Part shown: one piece after another, positions 13,452 to 25,000 of the stretch | How positions within the stretch are numbered: position 1 is the first letter of the stretch | Layout: each line of letters opens with the position of its first letter | NCBI RefSeq assembly: GCF_000143415.4 | Contig: NW_003314271.1 | Location: forward strand, 3,021,742 to 3,085,741 | Length of the DNA: 64,000 nucleotides | Reading direction: 5' to 3' | Source: Selaginella moellendorffii | Taxonomy: Eukaryota > Plantae > Lycopodiophyta | Position numbers and translations under genes: made by a program | The notes under the pieces: generated by a model | Told to the model about the DNA's origin: nothing | Database searches by the model: none | Seen by the model: only the letters and a program-made list of their open reading frames with translations

Positions 13452-13452
<1 letters not shown>
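12247..13452 (+). CDS. Intronless hypothetical protein (~400 aa) with Ser/Pro/basic N-terminal repeats
   Basis: Long GC-rich open frame (12154-13452; first ATG 12247). Repeats of IRxKRSxAMxSPGSPxSPP and a globular-looking C-terminal half containing CNKVDPVTYE...KCF. Confidence 0.75.
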
Positions 13453-13453
<1 letters not shown>

Positions 13454-13505
<52 letters not shown>

Positions 13506-13522
13506 TTGTGTGTGTGTGTGTG
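13454..13522. repeat. (CT)n microsatellite followed by (GT)n
   Basis: Directly visible immediately after the stop codon. Confidence 0.97.
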
Positions 13523-15419
13523 CATGCGTCCCTACATCTCTAACTCCCCGACGATATAGAGGGTAATATAGTATATAAATATTGTATCTCGTCTAAATGA
13601 CCTCAAAACTGAGAGGTGGGTTAAAATATGATAAAATGCTTTATCGTACATTAATTTGTATAGATAGAAATTACCCAAAATAGTCATTTCAATGTTTTGA
13701 ATTTTTTAAAGTAATTGTGCAATATACAAAGATGATTATATAATAACACTATTTTTTGGGTTGTATAAACTGTTTTTGAAGTGACATTTTGTGCACTCAC
13801 AATTTTAGTTTTTTAATAAAATGTATTATAGAATTAATTATTAAACTCATTATTCAAATAAACCTTCTATATTAGCATTATTTAGGACTGAATTTGGTGG
13901 TCCCCTAATTAATATATCTATTCCCATGTATTACAATTTATCTCTGAAAGGCAAAGTTTTTTAGCAATATTTCGCTCAATGTTTATGATTGATCTAGCTT
14001 TTCTCCAAATCTAGAATTGTAACTATTAGATTTATTTTTCATTTTCAAAATTTCATTGCATTTTTTTCTTCCACCATACCACACTATTGTTGATTGAGAA
14101 ATGTCTTATCTAAGGATGTAGAAGGTGTGTTGTTATTATCACCTAATAACATTGTTCTTGTGGCTTTAAATCAAACTTTTGGTGTTATAAAACATGATCT
14201 TATTAGTGCTACTCTATTTTTTAATGTGTTGTCCATCTCTAACTTTTGTAAGATGTAATTCCACAAATTCTCCTATTCTTAATTTTCTGCCATTTCCTAT
14301 TGATGTAGAGTGTGATTATAATATCAATTAGAGAGTTATAAATAATGTAGTTCAATTCGTGGAAATAAAGTTTGAGTTTATGAGAAGATAATATTTATGA
14401 GATTAAGTGGATTCATTTTTGTAGTGCATATAATCATAAAGTGAAATTTAGATATACTGTTATTGTGGATCCTTGGAACTTTAGAGGATAAATAAGGGTA
14501 AAATAGGACTCTCTTATCAAACAATTGCTCTTTTTTTAGTTGACTTAAAGGAAGAGAGATAGAATATGTTACATGTGGTATTGGAGCAAATGACACGTGT
14601 TTGATTCCCATTTATTAGTGATTACTTAAAATATAATATATCCTTGAGTAAGGTATATTCCTTAAGTAAGGTATCCAAATATGATAAAATAACCTTTATA
14701 GTTGAAATAGTACAGGTTCATAGTCTTTTTGAAAGGATGATCTCAAATAGAGATTTGAGATTTACAAAGAAGTTTTAGGGCACATTATTCCAATTATTCA
14801 GATAGTAAGATGCTTCTAGGGACAAGTCTGGACACCAAGATGCTTCTGGGAAATAAAGAGTCATGTGAGTAGTGGAGGATACTTGTGCGAATAAGTCATT
14901 AACCCCTTCATCTTTCTTTTAGGAGTATTATTAAGGGGTTCACTTAGCATTAGTTCATCTAATGTTTACTTTCTAAACTTTTTTTTTTTAATAAGAGGTC
15001 TTTTATTATTCTCTCTGTGTTGGTTGATGCCGTTTACATTTATATCGTGCAATAGAGCCAATTCTCATTATGTATAGTAATAACCATACACACGTATATG
15101 CACAAGATGAGACGGACCTAGTTTTGTGTATGGGTGATTTTAAGCTTGAGTTGTAGTCATTGCGGGTGGTGTTGAGTGAAGATTTTGACTTTATCCTTAG
15201 TATAGATTTATTGTAGTGCAATCATGCTAAGTGTGACTTTAAGGTTTCTCCCTTTTATCTCATATTTCTTTATATTTCTTCCATTCCTCTCACTTTTGTT
15301 TTTTTTCCATTCCTCTGCTTCTACTTCTTCTTTCATCACTTTTGTCTCCTCATTACTTCCTTTTATGTTTCCATTTTGTTCCTTTATTCCCTCTTCCAAT
15401 CCCTTCGATAATGTTTATG

Positions 15420-16400
15420 ATGTAGCAATTAACCAACTCATAAAGGAGTCTGCCAATCTCTTTGAATTTGACCTGTTCTCTAGGGCTAAGATTGCAACAC
15501 GTCATCTTATTACAACTGGGGATGCAGGCTAAGATTGCAACACATCATCCTATTACAATTGGGGATGCCTGTCCAATCAAGGTTCTTATTCATCGTCGGT
15601 TACCAAAAGAGATTAAAATTTTATATGCAAATGTCAAGGAAATGTTAGAAAAAGGTGTTATTTGAAAGTTGTAGAGTCTTTGGGCATGTAAACCTCATAT
15701 TGTGATGAAGCTTGGTGGGAGTATTCGTTTCTTCATTAACTATTGTTCGTTAAACAATGTAATGATCCTGAATGTGTACCCTTTTCCTCACACTGCTAAT
15801 CTCTTATATCGTTTGGGGAGAAGTCGTTGGTTCACCAAACTTGGCAAGTGCTGATAGCCGAGGTAGATATTCCTAAGACTACTTTTCATATTTTTTTGGT
15901 TTGTATGAGTTCTTGGTGATGCTATTTGGTTTGAACAATGCTCTAGCAACTTTCTAGCGAATGATAGACAAAGTTCTTTACAACATGCTGGAAGTGATTG
16001 CTGAATTTATCGATGATATCTTAATCCACTCAAAGCGGACGTAATAGGAACACATCTGTGATGTTTGTAAAGTGTTGAATGGGCTACTAGAAGTGGTTTA
16101 AACCTGAAGCGGTTGAAATCCGTGTTTGGGTCCAAGGACACAATTTATCTTAGATACCGTATTTTTTGTGAGGGCTTGCAAATTGATCATGACAAACTTG
16201 TGGCTGTTTTAAAGTTCCTTATTCCAAAGTGTGTGAATAATGTGCAGTGCTTCTTAGACAAGGTGTAGTATCTTGGTCATTATGTTGATCATTTTTCTAA
16301 TCACACTACATCATTGCGAGAGTTGCTAAAGTTATCAACATCATCTTTTATCTGGTCTATAGACTGTAAGTAGGCATTTATGAATCTCAAAGAGCTATTG
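15420..16400 (+). pseudogene. Decayed Ty3/gypsy reverse transcriptase fragment
   Basis: EMLEKGVI, RFFINY.SLN, YEFLVM.FGLNNA.ATF and FIDDILI motifs, with stops and frameshifts. Confidence 0.85.
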
Positions 16401-16909
16401 ACGATGAGGAGATGCTGGTAGAGCTATAGTACATATTGGTATGCACACATATCCAATGCAGGAAGGGATACAAAGGAGTTTAGTCAATCGTTTCAAAGAT
16501 GTAGTGTAGATAGAGAATATGAGAAACTCATTTGCAACTCCAAAGCATGTTTAAAAGACAGTGGTAAAGGATTTTAATGCAAACACCCTACTTGATTTAA
16601 GTTGCAAGAAGACTCAACTGGAAGAGGCTAGCTTGTGGGAGTTACTATGATGTGTGCAACCTGCAATTACCTGTGAGACACAAAATCCCTAGGCCCCAAA
16701 GTGGAGCCGAAAGGCTGCCACGTGATAGTGGCCGAAGCGAAAGACAAATGAGCGTAACATGTTTGGACTAAAAGCTTTGACTTGAAAGGTTGAGAGTGGG
16801 AGTGGAACTCCCAACGAAGTGCTCAAGGAACAAGCACGGAGCAAGCAATAAGTGAGTCTCTAAAAAAGGGACGCAAGAGGACCAACACATGACACGTGGA
16901 AGTGTCTGA

Positions 16910-17415
16910 CATGGAGTCCGAGATGGACTCGAGGTGGACCCGAGATGGAGTCCGAGATGGACCCGAGATGGAGTCCGAAGTGGAGTCCGAGATGGAACCC
17001 GAGATGGAGCCCGAGATGGAGTACGAGATGGAGCTCGAGATGGAGTCGGAGATGGAATTCGAGATGGAGTCCGAGATGGACCCGAGTTGGAGTCCGAGAT
17101 GGAGTCCGAGATGGACTTCGAGATCGAGTCCGAGATGGAGTCTGAGATGGACCCAAGATGAAGTCCAAGATGGAGTCCGATATGGACCGAGATGGACTCG
17201 AGTTGGAGTCCAAGATGGAGTCCGAGATGGACCCGAGATAGAGTCTGAGATGGACCCGAGATGGAGTCCGAGAAGGACCCGAGATGGAGTCCGAAGTCGC
17301 GACCTAGACCGGGACCGAGACCAAGACCGAGACCGGGACAAAGACTGAGGCCAAGACCGAGGCCGAGGCCGAGCCCAAGCCCGACTCTAACTCCGAGTCC
17401 GAGTTCGAGTTCAAG
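16910..17415 (+). repeat. 12-bp (GAGATGGAGTCC) and 6-bp (GACCGA/GAGTCT) tandem arrays inside B LTRs; also ~24020-24560, ~3260-3680, ~31690-31900, ~37400-37590 and ~63925-64000
   Basis: Visible periodicity, with copy number differing between LTRs. Confidence 0.95.
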
Positions 17416-20400
17416 TTTGAGAGGGTGAAAGCCCAAAGCGTTCGTCTCCCAGACCCTGGGGGGTTTGGTGAGCTTCAAAAGTATAGTAGGGGGGGAGGAC
17501 TCCAGTAGAGCCAGTTTGGCCAGGAAAGGCCAGTTTGGCCCAAGAAGGCCGTGCCTAGGTGTTGGGTGACGGGATAACCATTGAGATGTCCAAGACTAGA
17601 GTGAATATGGACCGACAAGCGGGGTAGCTTGGTGAAGTATTCAAGAGCTGGCTCTAGTTCCCCCAGAAGATCGATTGGCCGATGCTCCTAGTCAAAGTGT
17701 GGGTGGCACTACCTACTTGGATACCTGGCGTGGCTCAATGGAACCTTGCTCTAAGCCCATGGCTAGAGCACCCAGAGTACCCACGAGGCTCGCATAAGGC
17801 CGCTGTGTTCCAAAATGTTGCCCCAAAGTCCTAGACTGTGAAAAAGAGGAGGAGCCGTCCTCTAGTGTAGAGACCAAGGATACAGTCATATGAGGAGGTA
17901 GTCCCAGAGGACCGAGGGACTTAGTGGTTGGGCTTGTGGGCCTTGATCCAGTGGCAGTGTTGGTGAACACGGCCATGAACAAAAAGGGACTTGGTGGGGA
18001 CTGGAAAAGGGATATTGAGGAAGGCTAATCCCCATGTCTGTGGGCATCCTAAGGATGCTAAGGAGTGGATCGGGGATGATCACTCATGGATGGATGGCCT
18101 AGTCCTTGAGAGATGGGATTGTGATGTAGGTGGTGTTAGACCACCAGTGTGACCAAGGTGAAGGGGCATGGCCTTAGTGTAACAGGCTGATATGTCGATG
18201 GTACCTTGGGGTGTCGATCATGGGATCGGACATGTGGAGCACTTAGACCAAGTGCAAAGGTTAAGTGGCGAGGATGCCATTCTCAGGGCTAGCAAGCCCA
18301 AGTCCAAAATAGGATTTATGGAGGTTGTGAGTGAGACTCCTCCAAGTGGTCGGAGGTGTGGTTAAGTGACTAAAGTAGAATGGAAAAATTTGGTCCCTTA
18401 CAACTTAGTATCGAAACTGTTCCTTAGTCCGACTTTTATTGGTGCTCAAGTATATCACCATTGATATTGGCATCAGAAGGTCCTAGGAGTGGGCCTATCC
18501 TTGAGGAGTAGCATATCGAGAGGACATGGCTCTCCACTCAAGTTCATGCGTGAACTTGGGCGTGATGTGGTGGATAGAAAAGGGGCCAGTAAGGGAACAA
18601 CTTTGGGATCTTGGGAACAATATAAGGGTTTCCTTAGAGAGTTGAGGATGTGATCCAGATGAGTGTTTGACGTAGCCAATTGGTTAATGTAATTGTGGTA
18701 AACAACTATAGTTAGGATCACGTGAAAGATAAAGACTCCAAAGCAATAAAGGAGTCACAAGATTATCCTCATATAGTTGAGGTTGGTGCTCATGAATGTG
18801 AGATCAGAAGTAATGACCGCGAGAGGTCAAATACGAAAAAGGACACGAGTCCTTGAAATGGTAGCCAGAGCTACCTCTAATATATGCTAGAACAATCCAA
18901 GGAGTTGGGGGTGTACTCAGAGGATGAGTTGGTATTTTCATCACATGGACAAATGGTCCTAAGGGGCAAAAGGTTGCCCCAAGAGAACAAATCAAGTGTC
19001 GGAGTAACACTTGCAAAGATGGTCCTTGTGAGTAGGACTTGAATACAAGAAGTTGTATTCCAGTGAGCTGGCACTTCAAAGGTAGGACTTCATGGGTTGT
19101 CGGATGACAAAGTCTAAAAGGCTGAATAACTCAAATAGAGTCAAGGAATAATCCTAAAGGATTAATGGAAGCATTTAGACTGAGGTGTGTTGTACCCCAC
19201 GAAGGATGGGGGGGATCATAAGATCCAAGGATGAGAACAGAGGGTATCTCATCGATGGCAGAATGGGCCATGCTAAAGTCGTGGGAAAGGTGTTCCCCAA
19301 AAAAGAAAGCAACTTTGACATAGAGTTGTGTGTGAACACTATAGTGCAGTGCTAACTGATAGTTGGCATGAAAAACGACTGCTTTGGTCTTGGCAAAGAC
19401 CTAGACACAAGTAAGAAGTGTTATAAAGGTAGACTCGTGGAGCCGTTAGTGTGGAGACACCAAATGTGCCAAAGTAAGATACCTTGAGGTTATGTTGATG
19501 GGTTTATAGGAACCCCTTGCCAAGGGAATGGCATAGCCTAAGCTGGAAGGCATGTGGTTGGAGTGTGGTGACCCAGATAATGATGGCACCAAGCAATAAG
19601 TTGTAGGACTTGACAATTATGAGGCAACTAAGCAAAAGGTGCAAAATAATTGGTTAAACTGGTAGAAGGTAGCTACCTAAAACTTCTTATTGGGATAAAG
19701 AAGTTAGATCTACCCTTATGGGGGAGAAGCTGCTTATGTTGCGATATAGTAAGTCAATGCGTAAAGGGAATGCTCATTGCCAAAAAAGACCATCATTGGG
19801 ACACCCAAACACTTTAAAACACCAAGAAGTGGTGTTTGATGTCACAAGGGCATTAGATAAGGCCCAAGGGACTAAATCCCTAGCGAATGATGGATAGGAA
19901 CCACTCCCTAAGCTATCGGGTAGGTTCATCCTTATGAATACTTACTAAGGCATGGTAGAATATGCAAAGCTATCTTCCTAGTCTGGAAGAGAATAACCAA
20001 AGGAAACTTATAAGGCCAAAAGGTAAATAGTATCGGGATGAAATTGAACCATAGAAATCGAAGGGCATAACCAACGATAGTTATGCAAGTTGGGAGTGGA
20101 GAATCAAGAGGGTGCTCAAGGATGTTGTTACTAGCAACTGCGATGCCATACAGAATCTAAAATGTAGAATTGTCCATGTTAGACCATATGGTGAGTAGGG
20201 AGCTTGCAAAGGAGAAGCCTTAGAAAGCTAAGGAACAGAGTTCCTTGAAGGTTCCCAAAGACAATTCTAAGTAGGTAAGTACCTAGAAAGCCAAACATAA
20301 ATGGTTCCTAGAGCGTGTAAAATCAAAGTGGCGCAGCAGAAGCATGGTCTTGAAGCTGGCCATGAGGCGAGGCTATCAAGGTTGGGGAAGTAGTTCCCGA

Positions 20401-20561
20401 GTGTTCAAAGAGAGGGTTTTGAATGAAAGTCGATGGTTAAGGACTTTCACGCTTATGCATGAACCATGTTACGGTGGCTGAATGACTTGCTAAGTGAGAA
20501 TCGCAAGTCAGGGGAACAAATCCCCTAGTCAAAGGTGCTAGCTTCAAAAGGGGTGGCCCAT

Positions 20562-22074
20562 TGTAGCGCACCTGAATTTGGAGCCGAACTCCAAGCCCGT
20601 TGCGCTACGAAACGAGGGTCCGGTACAATCCCACGAGCACCAGCTCCCCGTATCCAGCACCTGCACGCAAAATGGTGTCAGACAGAGTCTGGCACAATTT
20701 TGGCATACCGGTGGCCTAACGCGAGAAGGAGGGTACTCCACCGACTAGAGCAGCGTGGAGCTTGGGCTTAGACCCAAGCCGGACGCAGAACAAGGAGCGA
20801 CACAGCCCAGCGGGAGCCAAACTAATGTCTCAGGTGGTCGGACATGCATTCCAACCACTATCCCTACTATACATTTGGAACCCCCCACAGCCCCCCCCCC
20901 TTGAGGGACACACGCTTTGGGCTTTCACCCCAAGCCTCCCTTAGTACCAGGAGTTAGTCTCTGGGACAAGTCCGAAACTTACTAAATATGGAATGTCCTT
21001 AGATTGCGAATTTGGACACGGGACGAACACTATTGTGTTCAGGCCGATCTCTACATTCCGTAGATATGCCAAATGAGCTAATCTAGACACTTTCCATATT
21101 TAGCATTTAGGACCGAAATGAGACCAACACAAAGGATATGATAGCGAGGGTGTTTGGCAGACATGGTAAGCTATCATCCGGCGATATTGAGGGACTAGTC
21201 TCAATACGCGAGGGTTCTTGCCAAGCCAGTGCAAGACAGAGCAAAAGAGAACTAAAAAGCCGGGCCAAGTATGCTTGGCAAAATAGACACTTAGGAATTC
21301 CGTCCTTATGCTCATCCGGCCAAGTACAGATGCTAAGTCCAGTTTACTAACACTTGGACAAGAGGGGCTAATAAAGGGAACCAGGAGTACCGACCTCCTG
21401 CCGTCATGGCAGTAAGGAAAGAGTGCCCGTAAGGACTGGTCGACAAGTATCTTTCGATACCCGAAGTCACATTCGCGACACTCTCCCCCCCTTGGGGAAG
21501 ATCGACGTCCTCGTCGATGCATACCCGAGTCTAGCAAACCGTCAAGGAAACAACCCCGAAAGTTAACGGAAAGCACACTATGTGGGAAATGCACCGACTT
21601 AAATGAGTTATGGAATGACCTCTCCTCTACGTCAAAAGACGCTAAGACTCAGACACCCTCCGGCCGTCGCCGACAAGGAAATGACCAACGGAGTTAGCCA
21701 CCCTTGCTGCTCTGAGTACCACTCAACTTACAAAGGAATGATACATCCCTGCCCGCAGGGATATAGGGAGAAGGCTAGAGGCCCAACTGCCCCTGAGCAA
21801 GAAATCAACCCCGTCGGGAAGATTTAGACGATGAGCAAAAGAGAACTAAAAAGCCGGGCCAAGTATGCTTGGCAAAATAGACACTTAGGAATTCCGTCCT
21901 TATGCTCATCCGGCCAAGTACAGATGCTAAGTCCAGTTTACTAACACTTGGACAAGAGGGGCTAATAAAGGGAACCAGCAGTACCGACCTCCTGCCGTCA
22001 TGGCAGTAAGGAAAGAGTGCCCGTAAGGACTGGTCGACAAGTATCTTTCGATACCCGAAGTCACATTCGCGACA
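20562..22074 (-). mobile_element. Internally deleted family A (variant-end) LTR element nested in B
   Basis: Complete LTR 20562-21480, then PPT and 3' internal sequence to ~21828, then only ~240 bp of the other LTR. Perfect TSD CCCAT (20557-61, 22075-79). Confidence 0.9.
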
Positions 22075-25000
22075 CCCATGGTGTTGAGCATGGAGGAGTC
22101 CATGCATGATCACAGATTTGTCAAGTGAGAGGACTTAGCAGTGTAGAGGAACTAGGTTCCTAAGTTGTGATCTATAGCGCACTTTAAGTATAAGTTGGTG
22201 CACCGGCGTGGGGAGTCACGCCAGGCATCCTGTGCGATGCCATCCGTAGATGCATATACGGAGGTTGGGTTCGAGTCCCAACCCTCTAGTGCTTGGGTTC
22301 GAGTCCCAAATCACTAAGGCGTGGTGATAGTTTGGAATATGAGGACACTCATTTTTCGGTGGTCATAGACTCTCAGTGAGGAGACTGGTTTGGGCACACT
22401 GCCAAGCAAGGGATGCCTCAGAGTCGTGATGCACAGTTAAATTGTTTAGTGTGGCTCGGCATATCTAATTTGAGCACTTTGGTGCGAGTGGCACCAAGGA
22501 CGTGGTGAATGAGATGGGGACACCCAGTCTCAGTTGCTATGGACCCTTAGCCAGAAGGGCTAGCTTGGGTGCACCACCAAGTGTGGGGGATGCCCCCGAG
22601 GTCATAGTCAACAACTTAAAGGTTTAAAGGACTTAGTACTTATTGGCAAACTTGTTAAGGTGCCAAGGTTAGATCACTAGGTGATCTTATGGCTAAAACA
22701 AGGACAAGGTCTTTGTAAGGTTAATGGATAAGGTTTCTAGTTCAAAGTGTTGAATTAAACCATTGATGATGGTGTGGCTTGGTCAAAGTGACCAAGTGGG
22801 AGGAACATCTAATGGAAATGATCTGTGGCAATGTGATGGCGTAGTGAGTCCGAAGAAAGTAATCTCTATAAGAGACCCATGGGAGGGTCACAAAGTTGGG
22901 CTAGGGATAGAGCCCACAGCAGAAAATGCTAAAGAGACTTACTAGGGGTGAACACCCTCTGGACTTAGCAAAGCAAAGTCTTTGCTATGGAACCGAAAAG
23001 ATACCTTGAGAATGGAAGTAGTGATCCAATGTTGTTAAGTGCAACAATCAAGGATAGGAGCAAAAGAATAAAGGCTAAGAAAAGAGCCATGGCAATCGTG
23101 GGAAAGAATCCAAAACGCAAAGTTAGGCCAAGAACGCTAAGGTGTTGGGTGTTAACGAATTGTGGGAAAGGCAATGTGTTTCCAAGGATGGATCCCCAAT
23201 TGCTCCGATTTGGCGAAAGTGGAAACTCCAAGGTAGGGAGTGGTAAAGTAGCTAAATGATAGGGACGTGGATAGCTTTAGCACAAATTAGGATAATTGGA
23301 ACTTAGTGCTAAAGGTCGCACCAAAATGGAAAAGAGGATGATGGTGCCCTTAAATAGAGAACTTTCAAAGATGGGGAAGGGGAGTTGTATGATATGTGCA
23401 ATGCAAGGTGTCGGAGACACTTAGGAAATTGACTCTAATAAGTCAAAATTAAAAGTTCCAAAGTGCAAAGGTTATGTCAATAGAATCTAAGACTACTCAA
23501 GAATGAGTAGTGGAATTGAGTTAGAGAGGGTGTCTTTAATCGGTTTAGTGAGAGTTAAACCAATAAAAAGAGAGAACCACCACAAGTGGTCAAATACGCC
23601 TCTAAGTTGGAGAGGCTATGCTCCTTAGACGATGGACAAGGCATGGTGAGCCTTCGGTGTCAAACCATTGACAAGTATTGGCTAGATACCAAAGATGGAA
23701 AGGGTGATACATGCTAGTATTACTTTATAAAATGGTTTATCATTCGATGAGGACATCGAACTTCATCTATGGGTGGTGGAGTTGTGAGACACAAAATCCC
23801 TAGGCCCCAAAGTGGAGCCGAAAGGCTACCATGTGGTAGTGGCCGAAGCAAAAGCCAAATGAGTGTAACACGTTTGGACTAAAAGTTTCGATTTGAAAGG
23901 TCGAGAGCGGGAGTGGAACTCCCAACAAAGTGCTCAAGGAACAAGCACGGAGCAAGCAATAAGTGAGTCTCTAAAAAAGGGATGCAAGAGGACCAACACA
24001 TGACACGTGGAAGTGTCTGATATGGAGTCTGAGATGGACCCGAGGTGGACCCAAGATGGAGTCCGAGATGGACCCGAGATGGAGTCCGAAGTGGAGTCCG
24101 AGATGGACCCGAGATGGAGTCCGAGATGGAGTCCGAGATGGAGCTCGAGATGGCGTCGGAGATGGAGTTCGAGATGGAGTCCGAGATGGAGTCCGAGATG
24201 GACCCGAGTTGGAGTCCGAGATGGAGTCCAAGATGGAGTTCGAGATCGAGTCCGAGATGGAGTCCGAGATGGAGTCTGATATGGACCGAGATAGAGTCCG
24301 AGATGGACCCGAGTTGGAGTCCAAGATGGAGTCCGAGATGGACCCGAGATAGGGTCCGAGATGGACCCGAGATAGAGTCCGAGAAGGACCCGAGATGGAG
24401 TCCAAGAAGGACCCGAGATGGAGTCCGAAGTCGCGACCTAGACCGGGACCGAGACCAAGACCGAGACCGGGACGAAGACCGAGACCGAGACCGAGGCCAA
24501 GGCCGAGCCCAAGCCCAAGTCTGAGTCTGAGTCTGAGTCTGAGTTCGAGTTTGAGTCTGAGAGGGTGAAAGCCCAAAGCGTTCGTCTCCCAGACCCTGGT
24601 GGGTTTGGTGAGCTTCAAAAGTATAGTAGGGGGGGAGGACTTCAGTGGAGCCAGTTTGGCCAGGAAAGGCCAGTTTGGCCCAAGAAAGTTGTGCCTAGGT
24701 GTTAGGTGACGGGATAACCATTGAGATGTCCAAGACTAGAGTGAATATGGACCGACAAGTGGGGTAGCTTGGTGAAGTGTTCAAGAGCTAGCTCTAGTTC
24801 CCCCGGGAGATCAACTGGCCGATGCTCCTAGTCAAAGTGTGGGTGGCACTACCTACTTGGATACCTGGTGTGGCTCAATGGAACCTCGCTCTAAGCCCAT
24901 GGCTAGAGCACCTAGAGTACCCACGAGGCTCGCATAAGGCCGCGGTGTTCCAAAATGTTGCCCCAAAGTCCTAGACTGTGAAAAAGAGGAGGCGTCCTCT

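Noticed and set aside
16910-17415. CRISPR-like periodicity
   Set aside because: Head-to-tail repeats with no unique spacers, no cas genes, and a eukaryotic context.
16768-17478. Multiple overlapping ORFs (MESEMDPRWSPRW..., LGLHLG...), also at 23971-24618, 2956-3459 and 35684-35988
   Set aside because: By-products of stop-free 12-bp and 6-bp tandem repeats within LTR sequence.
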